From Planctomycetota bacterium (GTDB lineage: Bacteria; Planctomycetota; JAJSAM01; JAJVHW01), in contig JAIOPE010000161.1 of the NCBI GenBank assembly GCA_021414065.1, forward strand, positions 1-40,299: DNA of 40,299 bases, read 5' to 3'. Shown piece after piece: positions 32,711-40,299 of the stretch (positions within the stretch are counted from its first letter, which is position 1; each line of letters begins with the position of its first letter). The translations under genes and the position numbers were made by a program. Below the pieces are notes generated by a model that worked only from the letters and a program-made list of their open reading frames with translations, had not been told where the DNA came from and searched no databases.

Positions 32711-34714
32711 ATGGGTGACCGTCGGTCGGACGTGCCTTCCGGAGATTGCAGTTCATCCTCCGGGGTGGTACGAGTCCCGCCCGACGTCCCCCGAGACGAG
32801 AACACCGCCTTGCAGCCCCGCATCGACGACCCCCGACCGCCCGCCACGGACTCCGCGCGCGACCAAGCGCAGCGGGCCGCAGCCGAGGACGCGCTGATCC
32901 AGCGCGTCGCGGAACTCGAGGAAACGGTCGCCGCCGAGCGCGCGCAGCACGCTGCGCGTGCGAAGGAGGTCGAGGCCGGCGTGGCGGTTCTGCGCCGGAC
33001 CATGCAGCAGTTGCAGGAGGAGACGAGGCGCCGCCGCGACGAGAACGCGCGTCTCGTCGAGCAGTTGGAGCAGAGCCGTGTCATCGTCGAGGAGAGGTCT
33101 GCAACCGGGCAACCGGCCGGGCCGGACGCGGCCACCGCGGACGCGCTCGAGGCCGCGCTGGCCGACGCGGATCAGGCGCGCCGCGACGCGGAGGTCCTCG
33201 TCGCTCGGATCGCGTCCATCGAGGACGAGCTCATTGCTCGCGACAACGAGCTGACGCGCGCCGCCGATCGCATCGCTGAGCTGGAGTCGAGGGTCGCCGC
33301 TTCCTACCGCGAGCCGACCGCCCAAGCGGCGGCACCGCTTGCGACCGTCGGTCGTCTGGCACCGAAATCCCCCGCGCGCTTCGAGACGGACGAGGACCTG
33401 CTCACCGACGACTCGCCGGAAGCGGCTTCGTCCCCGGTGGAGCTCGCGCCGAAGGTCCCGACGCCGGACGCCTCCGCCCCGGCTGCGACGACCGCGTCTG
33501 CGATCGCGGCACCTTCTCCGCTCGTGCCGGCTTCCGGCGCGCCCAAGACGACTGCCGCCGACCACGCCGCCGCCGCCCGTCGCAACGACGAGGAGCATCT
33601 CGCTGCTGCTCCCGCCGCCGCGCAGGACCCGTCGTTCCCGCAGATCGCGGGTCTCCGCGTCGAGCGCCTCGTCGAGGAGACGGCTTCCGGCAGCGTCTAC
33701 GAAGCGCGCGAGATCGAGTCGCGCCGCGCCGTCGTGGTCCGCATCCTTCCCGGCGTGATGAAGCTGCTCGACGGCAAGCGACTCGACTCCGTCCTGCTCG
33801 CAAAGCACCCGAATCTCGTGTCGGTGCTCGGCTTCGCAGTCTGTCGTCAGGGGCCCTACCTCGTGATGGAACGGGACGAGGGCGAGTCGGCCGCCGACTG
33901 GGTTGCGCGCCTCGGCACGCTGCCCGAGCGGATCGCCCTCTCGGTCATCCTGGAGATCGCGCGTGGGCTCCGCCAGGCGGCGTTTCACGGTGCGTTCCAC
34001 GGCGACCTCTCGCCGGACTCCGTTCTCATCGACGTCGCCGGGCGCGTGCGCGTTCGCGGCGTCGGGCTCAGAGTGGTGCTCTCGCCGAACGACGGTTCGG
34101 CCCGCGCGCCGGAGTTCGCATCCACCGAGCGCCTGCGCGGGAGTCCGCCGCCGGATGTCCGAGCGGATCTCTACTCCCTCGGCGCGGTGCTCTTCTTCCT
34201 GCTCACCGGGAAGCCACCGTTCGCCGGCGAACGCGACGCGCTTCTGCGTCAGCACGCGGCGAACTCGCTGCCCGACGTACGCGAATCGCGGCCGGACGTC
34301 TCCGACGACACAGCCAAGCTGCTCCGCCGACTCCTCGCGTCCGACCCGGACCTGCGTCCGCAGACGTGGGATCAGCTCCTCGTGGAACTCGAGCGCCGCG
34401 TCCCGGGCCGCGTCTCCACGGCGTTGCGTGGCAACATGTCCACGCGCGCGCGTCGCTTCGTGGTCGCGAATCCGTGGGTGCTCGGTGCGGCCGTCGGCGG
34501 CCTGCTCCTCGTCGCAGGGATCTGGCGCGTCGCCCTCTCGCACGACCCGTCGGCTTCAGAGCGGTTCCGCGCGGCCTGCGTGACGGCCGAGAAGCTCGCT
34601 GCGGCGGGCGACCCCGAAGAGGCCCGCGGCGTCTATCGCCGGTTCCTCGCGGGCACCGGCGACGCCGACGTCGAGCGCGAAGCTGCGCGGCGCTTCGACG
34701 AGCTGAAGAAGTAG
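32711..34714 (+). CDS. Ser/Thr-kinase-like protein (probable pseudokinase) with an N-terminal coiled coil and a C-terminal transmembrane helix; start uncertain
   Basis: Kinase subdomain VIb is degenerate (HGDLSPDSVLID instead of HRDLKPxN); subdomain IX DLYSLGAVLFFLLTGKPPF; coiled-coil N-terminus; transmembrane helix VLGAAVGGLLLVAGIW; the upstream part of ORF 32159..34714 looks non-coding. Confidence 0.7.
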   Translation: MGDRRSDVPSGDCSSSSGVVRVPPDVPRDENTALQPRIDDPRPPATDSARDQAQRAAAEDALIQRVAELEETVAAERAQHAARAKEVEAGVAVLRRTMQQLQEETRRRRDENARLVEQLEQSRVIVEERSATGQPAGPDAATADALEAALADADQARRDAEVLVARIASIEDELIARDNELTRAADRIAELESRVAASYREPTAQAAAPLATVGRLAPKSPARFETDEDLLTDDSPEAASSPVELAPKVPTPDASAPAATTASAIAAPSPLVPASGAPKTTAADHAAAARRNDEEHLAAAPAAAQDPSFPQIAGLRVERLVEETASGSVYEAREIESRRAVVVRILPGVMKLLDGKRLDSVLLAKHPNLVSVLGFAVCRQGPYLVMERDEGESAADWVARLGTLPERIALSVILEIARGLRQAAFHGAFHGDLSPDSVLIDVAGRVRVRGVGLRVVLSPNDGSARAPEFASTERLRGSPPPDVRADLYSLGAVLFFLLTGKPPFAGERDALLRQHAANSLPDVRESRPDVSDDTAKLLRRLLASDPDLRPQTWDQLLVELERRVPGRVSTALRGNMSTRARRFVVANPWVLGAAVGGLLLVAGIWRVALSHDPSASERFRAACVTAEKLAAAGDPEEARGVYRRFLAGTGDADVEREAARRFDELKK

Positions 34715-34791
34715 TCGGCCGCCCGTCAGGGTCCGGCAGTCGTCAGTCGCGAGTCGGCTACCCGGTCACGTAGATCGGTACGTGAGCGCCC

Positions 34792-35520
34792 TCATCGCCC
34801 GGCGGCTCCGCGGTGGCCGAGTACGAGGTGCGGCACGTCGGCGAACGTGCGCGCCACGAGCGTCGGGGGGCCGACTGGTTCGAGCGGTTCCTCGTCGCGG
34901 TGCCACGGCGCGGGGTGCGGCACGTGGACTGTCAGCATCCCTGCGCGTCGCGCCGGGTTCACGTCGCTCCGAGCGCTGTTCCCGACCATCCACGCCATGC
35001 GCGGTTCGGTCTGCCGCCGCTCGCACTCCTGTGCGTAGGCGCCCGAGTGCTTCTCCGGGACGACGCGCACGCCGTGGAACAGACTCGCGAGCCCTGAACG
35101 CTCGACCTTCGCCGTCTGCTCCGCCTCGTCGCCTTTCGTGAACACGACGAGCCGCGCGCGGGGCGCCATCGCGGTCAGCGCCTCGGCCACGCCCGGGAGC
35201 AGTTCGATCGGGTGGGAGCGGATCGCGTCCTCGGCCCACAGTGCGAGATCGCCGAACGCTCCCGCCTCCCCGCGCGGCGCCCCGGGTCGGAGTTCTGCGT
35301 ACGCTTCGCGCAGCGACGCGACGAACGGCGCCGCGCCGTACCCGGTGCGCGGGATGTTCCGGTCCTCGCACGACTCGAGCGCCGCCGTCGCGCGGACCGT
35401 GTCCACGCCGCAAGACTCCATGAACTGCGCCCACGCATCGAGGACGCGCACGAAGTGCCGGTAGTTCTCCCAGAGCGTGTCGTCGGCATCTACGAGCACG
35501 AGCGGCAGGTGGTGCTTCAC
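34792..35520 (-). CDS. HAD-superfamily hydrolase; GTG start
   Basis: LVLVDADDTLW (DxDxT motif I), then the C-terminal ...VFTKGDE...GNSARSDV... blocks; diverges from the GT gene at 35565 with only a 44-bp gap. Confidence 0.7.
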   Translation of the reverse strand: MKHHLPLVLVDADDTLWENYRHFVRVLDAWAQFMESCGVDTVRATAALESCEDRNIPRTGYGAAPFVASLREAYAELRPGAPRGEAGAFGDLALWAEDAIRSHPIELLPGVAEALTAMAPRARLVVFTKGDEAEQTAKVERSGLASLFHGVRVVPEKHSGAYAQECERRQTEPRMAWMVGNSARSDVNPARRAGMLTVHVPHPAPWHRDEEPLEPVGPPTLVARTFADVPHLVLGHRGAAGR

Positions 35521-35564
35521 GGCGGGATGGTACTGAAGCGGCGCGACGCTCGTACGATGCGGGT

Positions 35565-36794
35565 GTGCGACTTCCGCCGGTTCTCCGCGCCTGCCTCCTC
35601 CTCTTCGCCACCGCGCTCGTCGTGCGCGTCGGCGCCGCGCTCGTTCTCGGAATCGCGGGCGCGCCGGTCGAAGACGAGATCGACTACGTCGCGCTCGCGC
35701 GCTCCCTCGCGTCGGGCCGCGGCTTCTCGTTCGTTCCGGCGGGCTTCGAGCACCTCGAACCGCGCATGGCATTCCGCCCGCCGTTGCTCCCGCTGCTCCT
35801 GACGCCGGTGACGTGGCTCGGCGGCGGCGTCGCCGCGATGCGGTGCGTGTCGATCGTCTGCGGTGCGCTGGTCCCGGTCTTCGCATATCTCGGCCTCCGT
35901 CGCACGTCGCTCGGCGAGCGGGCGCGGTGGGTCGGCGTGCTGCTCGCGTTCTGGCCCACGGGCGTCTGGCTCTCGATCCGCGTGCTTGCAGAACCCTTGG
36001 CCGCAGCGCTGATCCTCGGCGCGATTGCGGTTCCCCCCGACGACGCCGCGCACCCACGGCGTTCGGCCCTTGCCGGCGCCCTCGCCGGGCTCTCGGTCCT
36101 CGCGCGTCCGGCGTCGATCGTCGTGGCGGCGCTTCTCGCGGGCACCCGCGGCGGACGCACACGCGCCCTGTGGTTCGCCGCCGCACTCACGGTCGTCGTC
36201 GCGCCGTGGGCGGTGCGGAACGCGGCGATCCACGGTCGTCCGCTCCTCACCACGAACACCGGCGTCACGCTGGTCGGCGGGAACTCCGCGGCGTCGCTCA
36301 CATCGGCGGCGCCCGGCCGCTGGCTGACTCCCGACGTCACGTACGCCGGTGCAGCGAACGCGCCGGACCTGTGGATGTGGGGCTGGTCCGGCGAGACCGA
36401 GGAATCGAGCGACCGGCGGTTTGCGGCCGACGCGATCGCGTGGACGACCGGACACCCGGCAGACGCCGCCCGGCTGGCCGCGTGGAAGTTCGTCCGCTTC
36501 TTCGACCCCGATCAGCACAGCGCGAAGCCGGACGCCGCACTGAAGCGGGCGATCGGTTGGGCGACGTTCGCGCCGGTGCTCCTCTTCGCACTCGCTGGCC
36601 TCTGGCTGTCGCGCGGCGACCCCGCGCTCCTCCCGTGGGCGCTGCTGCTCGCCGGCACGCTTGCGACGTCGCTCGTGTTCTACTCCGACACGCGCATGCG
36701 CAGCCCCGCCGACCCGGCATTTGCTGCGTTCGCCGCTGTGGCGGCGGCCCGTCTCGTCCGGCGCTCCGTCGTGCGGGGGCCCGGGGGACGGTAG
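35565..36794 (+). CDS. Membrane glycosyltransferase of the ArnT/PMT (GT39/GT83-like) family; GTG start
   Basis: Multiple transmembrane helices; DEIDYVALARSLASGRGF periplasmic-loop motif characteristic of ArnT/PMT-type transferases. Confidence 0.8.
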   Translation: MRLPPVLRACLLLFATALVVRVGAALVLGIAGAPVEDEIDYVALARSLASGRGFSFVPAGFEHLEPRMAFRPPLLPLLLTPVTWLGGGVAAMRCVSIVCGALVPVFAYLGLRRTSLGERARWVGVLLAFWPTGVWLSIRVLAEPLAAALILGAIAVPPDDAAHPRRSALAGALAGLSVLARPASIVVAALLAGTRGGRTRALWFAAALTVVVAPWAVRNAAIHGRPLLTTNTGVTLVGGNSAASLTSAAPGRWLTPDVTYAGAANAPDLWMWGWSGETEESSDRRFAADAIAWTTGHPADAARLAAWKFVRFFDPDQHSAKPDAALKRAIGWATFAPVLLFALAGLWLSRGDPALLPWALLLAGTLATSLVFYSDTRMRSPADPAFAAFAAVAAARLVRRSVVRGPGGR

Positions 36795-36806
36795 AACTAG
36801 GGGGAC

Positions 36807-37415
36807 ATGACCGAGCCCCCACGACGCAGCCCCGCGGAAGCGGATGCCATCCTCAGCGCCGAGTTCGCGCGAATCGGCACGCACCGCGACGCTCTCGGTG
36901 AAACCGGCGCCGCCGCCGTGGCCGGGTGGACGCTCATGCACGGCATGGAGTGGGAAGCCGCCGCGATCGCGTGGGAGATGGCTGCGAAGGGCGACCCCGA
37001 CGACCCCGAACCGCTGAACGAGTGGGGAGTCTGTCTGCTTGAACTCGGCCGGTTCGACGAGGCGGCGAATCTGTTCCGCCGGACGATCGACGTCGATGCC
37101 CGCCTCGTTGCCGCGGGGCGCGACGGCGTCGAGTGGATGGAGAACGACCCCGCGTACCGGCTCGGAGTCGCGCTCCACGCGAAGGGCGATCTCCGCAGCG
37201 CGATCGCGTCGTACGAAGACAGCGCGCGGCGCAACCCGACGGGCGTGGACGCGCTCCGCGAGGCGGCGCGGTCCCGGCTGGCCCTGGGGGAGCCGGAGGC
37301 TGCGCTCGAGGTGCTCGGGCGCCTCGAGCGTCGCACCGTCCGACTGACCCTGCGAGCCGAGGTGATGGCGATGCGCGCCGACGCGAACCGGATGCTCCGC
37401 GAGCGCGGGACCTGA
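36807..37415 (+). CDS. TPR repeat protein (202 aa)
   Basis: TPR-like helical repeats (WGVCLLELGRFDEAANLFRRTIDVDA..., LGVALHAKGDLRSAIASYEDSARRNP...); AGGGGGA Shine-Dalgarno. Confidence 0.7.
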   Translation: MTEPPRRSPAEADAILSAEFARIGTHRDALGETGAAAVAGWTLMHGMEWEAAAIAWEMAAKGDPDDPEPLNEWGVCLLELGRFDEAANLFRRTIDVDARLVAAGRDGVEWMENDPAYRLGVALHAKGDLRSAIASYEDSARRNPTGVDALREAARSRLALGEPEAALEVLGRLERRTVRLTLRAEVMAMRADANRMLRERGT

Positions 37416-37429
37416 GGCCCGGATGCCTA

Positions 37430-37675
37430 GCCCGGATCATCCACGAAGCTCCGCGCCTGGGCGAGCCGGCCTCGTCGACGACTGGTCGTCCGCTGCGCTC
37501 AGACCCTTGCGTGGCTTGACAAAGCCGACGCTGCGGGTCCCGCCTTGCGGCCGACTCCGCGGATCTCGTCCAGGACCGCGAGTTTTCGTGCGAATGAGCC
37601 TCGTATCGGCGTGCATCGCAAGCCCTTCCTACGTTGCACGCCGTTCTCCCGCAGAGCTTCGTGAATGATCCGGGC
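37430..37675 (-). repeat. Copy 3 of the terminal-inverted-repeat-bounded element (inverted relative to copies 1 and 2); its right arm supplies the ATG of the downstream gene
   Basis: Arms gcccggatcatccacgaagctccgcg and cgcagagcttcgtgaatgatccgggc; core is the reverse complement of the copy-1 core; TA at both junctions; both arm mismatches become G.U pairs on the minus-strand transcript. Confidence 0.85.
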
Positions 37676-38018
37676 TAACGACGACGGCCCGCGCCCGCCG
37701 GACGCCGTGCCGCCGCCGGATGCGTACCCGGAGCTCGCGCGAGAACTGCAGTCCGCACGGCTGCACACTGCGCTCTGGCGCATCGCGCGCTGGACGGGCG
37801 CGGTCTTGCTCACGCTCGTCGCGTTGTTCTTCGGGTTCGTCCCGGGCATCCCCGGCTTTCCGCTGTTCTTCCTCGCGCTGTTCCTGATCGCGGCCGACTA
37901 TCCGCCGGCGCGGCGACTCGGCGTACGGCTCCTGCGCAAGTTCCCGCGTGTCCGCCGCGCCGTGCCGAAGCGCTGGCGTCGCACGAAGGGGCCGACGCGG
38001 AAGGGTGGTGGCGCATGA
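37665..38018 (+). CDS. PGPGW-domain small transmembrane protein; annotated ATG lies inside the terminal arm of repeat copy 3 (true start may be downstream)
   Basis: FFGFVPGIPGFPLFFLALFLIAADYPPARR resembles the PGPGW transmembrane family; TGA/ATG overlap (ATGA) with the downstream EEP gene. Confidence 0.6.
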   Translation: MIRANDDGPRPPDAVPPPDAYPELARELQSARLHTALWRIARWTGAVLLTLVALFFGFVPGIPGFPLFFLALFLIAADYPPARRLGVRLLRKFPRVRRAVPKRWRRTKGPTRKGGGA

Positions 38019-38743
38019 AGTTCCGCCTCCTCTCGTACAACGTTCACCAGTGCGTGGGCACCGACGGGCATCGCAGCGTCGAGCGAGTGGCCGACGTGAT
38101 CCGCCACTACGCACCCGACGTCGTCTGCCTCCAGGAAGTCGTCTGGCACGAGCATGACCAGCACGCACAACCGCAGCGACTCGCGCAACTCCTCGGCATG
38201 GCGCACGGCGCGGTCGGGCTCTATCGCAACCTCAAGGACGGTGCGTGGGGCAACCTGACCCTCTCGCGTTTCCCGATCGAGGAGTCCGAGACGCTCGACC
38301 TGTCGCTCCTCGTCCGCGGGAAGCGCACGCGCGGAACGCTGTACACGCACCTGCGCGTGGACCGGCGCACGCTCCACCTCTTCAACCTCCATTTCGGCCT
38401 CGCCGGGTTCGAGCGCTCCGCCCAGATCGCGCGCGTGCTCGACCGCGCCGACGAGGTTGCCCCGCACGGCGCACCCGTGGTCCTCGTGGGCGACACGAAC
38501 GACTGGCGTAACCGGCTCTGTTCGGGCGAGCTCGCGAAGGCCGGGTTCACTGCGGCGACCTGCCACGCGAAGGACCCGGGACCAGCGACGTTCCCCAGCA
38601 AGAGCCCCGTCGCCGCACTCGACAAGCTGTTCCTGCGCGGGCACGTTCGCGCGCAGCGTCACTTCGTCTCGCGGCTCGCCGACGCGACGCTGGCGTCGGA
38701 CCACCTGCCCGTGCTGATCGAGATGGAGCTCACGTCGCCGTGA
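38015..38743 (+). CDS. Endonuclease/exonuclease/phosphatase (EEP) family protein (YbhP-like)
   Basis: LLSYNV, VVCLQE, GDTND, SDHLPV catalytic blocks of the EEP fold. Confidence 0.85.
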   Translation: MKFRLLSYNVHQCVGTDGHRSVERVADVIRHYAPDVVCLQEVVWHEHDQHAQPQRLAQLLGMAHGAVGLYRNLKDGAWGNLTLSRFPIEESETLDLSLLVRGKRTRGTLYTHLRVDRRTLHLFNLHFGLAGFERSAQIARVLDRADEVAPHGAPVVLVGDTNDWRNRLCSGELAKAGFTAATCHAKDPGPATFPSKSPVAALDKLFLRGHVRAQRHFVSRLADATLASDHLPVLIEMELTSP

Positions 38744-39951
38744 GCGCGGGCTCGGACCAACTGTCCGTCCCGCGCGCGCCGCGCGGCGTGCGGGACGTCT
38801 TCCGCCGCCGCCTCGGACGTCGCATCCGCAACGCCTTCACCGTCGCCGAGGGGAACTCCATCGAGCCGCTCGGTCCGGGCTCTGCGTTCTTCACGCGCAT
38901 GGCTTCTGCGATCGACGCGGCCTGCGTCGCAGTGGACGTCGAGATGTACCTGTGGCACGACGACGAGGTGGGACACCTCTTCGGCGACGCGCTCGTGAAC
39001 GCCGTGCGACGCGGCGTGCGGGTCCGCCTGCTCGTGGACGCGCAGGGCGCTCGCGACGCGATGGGCCTGGTGAACGACGTGGGGGCGGCGGGCGCCGACG
39101 TGCGCGTGTTCAACCCATTCCGGCTCCGGGTCTGGAGCCGGTACATCCATCGCACGCACAAGAAGATCGTCGTCGTGGATGGATGCGTGGCCTACACGGG
39201 CGGCGCCGGCTTTTCGCTGCACTTCTCCGGCTCGAAGGGCGGCGAGCATCCATGGCACGACCGCATGTACGAGATCCGTGGACCGGTGGTCGCGCATCTC
39301 GAAGCTGCGTTCGAGGCCGACTTCTGGCGCTGGGACCCGAGGTGTGCGCCGTGCGACGGTCCGGATGTGACGATCCCGGTGCCGCAGGCGCCCCTCCAGC
39401 TCGGCGGCTCGCAGATACGCCTCCTGCGCGGCTGGCCCGACGCGCGCGACTTCCGACCCGTCCTGCTCGAGGCGATCCGTGCAGCGAGCGTCCGCATCTG
39501 GATCGGCACGCCGTACTTCCTCCCGCCGCACTCGGTGCGCAAAGCGCTCTACCAGGCGGCGGCGCGCGGCGTGGATGTGAGGGTGATCCACCCGTCTCTC
39601 TCGCACGCGAACTCGATCCTGTATCACGCGGTGCGCGCCCGGTACGGCCGCTACCTCCGCCTGCGCGTGCAACTCCACGAGTACGAATCGGCCTTCTACC
39701 ACGCGAAGACGCTCGTCGTGGACCGCACACTCGCGGTCGTCGGAAGCAGCAACTTCGATTCGTGGAGCTGGAAGCGCAACGCTGAGATCGACCTCGCGAT
39801 CACCGACGCGCCGACCGTCGATCGGATTGCCGCACTCCTCGACGCCGACTGGGCTTCGAGTCGACCGATCACCAGCGAAGACGCTCGCATCCGCAGCTTC
39901 ATCGCAAGCCTGCGCCAGCGTTTCTCCGAGTCGATCGAAGACTGGCTCTAA
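38740..39951 (+). CDS. clsB: Cardiolipin synthase / phospholipase D family protein (ClsB-like); GTG start
   Basis: Two HKD motifs, HRTHKKIVVVDGCVAYTGGAGF and YHAKTLVVDRTLAVVGSSNFD; GTGA overlap with the EEP gene; EEP-cls order mirrors E. coli ybhP-clsB. Confidence 0.85.
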   Translation: MSAGSDQLSVPRAPRGVRDVFRRRLGRRIRNAFTVAEGNSIEPLGPGSAFFTRMASAIDAACVAVDVEMYLWHDDEVGHLFGDALVNAVRRGVRVRLLVDAQGARDAMGLVNDVGAAGADVRVFNPFRLRVWSRYIHRTHKKIVVVDGCVAYTGGAGFSLHFSGSKGGEHPWHDRMYEIRGPVVAHLEAAFEADFWRWDPRCAPCDGPDVTIPVPQAPLQLGGSQIRLLRGWPDARDFRPVLLEAIRAASVRIWIGTPYFLPPHSVRKALYQAAARGVDVRVIHPSLSHANSILYHAVRARYGRYLRLRVQLHEYESAFYHAKTLVVDRTLAVVGSSNFDSWSWKRNAEIDLAITDAPTVDRIAALLDADWASSRPITSEDARIRSFIASLRQRFSESIEDWL

Positions 39952-40184
39952 CCCGAATCATGCACGAAGCTCCGCGCCTGGACGAGCCGGCGGGTCGCCC
40001 GCTGCGTTGGGACCCTTGCGTGGCTTGACAAAGCCGACGCTGCGGGTCCCGCCTTGCGGCCGACTCCGCGGATCTCGTCCAGGACGGTGTGTCGCCGTGC
40101 GAACGAGCGCCGGATCGGCGTGCACCGCAAGCCCTTCCTACGTTGCACGCCGTTCTCCCGCGGAGCTTCGTGAATGATCCGGGT
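39951..40184 (-). repeat. Copy 4 of the terminal-inverted-repeat-bounded element; its first base completes the TAA stop of clsB
   Basis: Arms acccgaatcatgcacgaagctccgcg and cgcggagcttcgtgaatgatccgggt; the terminal a...t pair replaces the g...c seen in the other copies; part of the window-bounding inverted repeat with copy 1. Confidence 0.85.
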
Positions 40185-40254
40185 GAGGCCTCTCCACGTC
40201 GCTCAGGTGCCTGTCGGAGGGTCAAGCTAACATAGACCTAACACGGAGGTCTAG

Positions 40255-40299
40255 ATGTTGGCTGACCAGATCCCTCTCATGCGCGATGACACCATGCCG
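40255..40299 (+). CDS. Partial 5' end (15 codons, MLADQIPLMRDDTMP...) of an outward-facing gene identical to that at 1..69
   Basis: GGAGGtctagATG, with the Shine-Dalgarno sequence inside the palindrome 40233..40253; nucleotide-identical mirror image of the window start. Confidence 0.4.
   Translation, partial: MLADQIPLMRDDTMP

Overview
This is a 40.3-kb, roughly 70 % GC bacterial chromosomal segment, densely coding, with about 38 supportable CDSs and no rRNA, tRNA or CRISPR. The genes are mostly envelope and secretion related. They include a yqjD/yqjE-like stress-membrane operon, two ECF sigma factors (one fused to a transmembrane C-terminal extension), and an ABC-F ATPase translationally coupled to a 943-aa TPR protein. 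They also include an M16 peptidase pair, TatA plus RidA, a transglutaminase-like protein, and a pseudokinase-like protein. A flotillin gene sits between a sulfotransferase and a GT8-sulfotransferase fusion, and an EEP-nuclease/cardiolipin-synthase (ybhP-clsB-like) pair lies near the right end. Many of the long six-frame ORFs are antisense artefacts of the high GC content. The most unusual structure is a family of four ~235-246 bp elements bounded by 26-bp terminal inverted repeats (140-373, 4632-4865, 37430-37675, 39951-40184). Three of the four lie exactly on the stop codon of a gene, with TA at the junction. The elements share a nearly invariant ~100-nt core, and their terminal arms differ between copies by paired compensatory substitutions. 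The two outer copies belong to a larger ~350-bp inverted repeat that brackets the whole window. That repeat carries the first codons of identical outward-facing genes whose ribosome-binding site lies in a 7-bp hairpin. Other non-genic structures are a 630-bp intergenic region with a GNRA-capped intrinsic terminator upstream of the pseudokinase gene, two near-identical terminator hairpins sharing a TCGATTCCCG tail, a G9 tract forming the flotillin ribosome-binding site, and a bidirectional terminator. All family assignments rest on motif recognition; no database searches were run.
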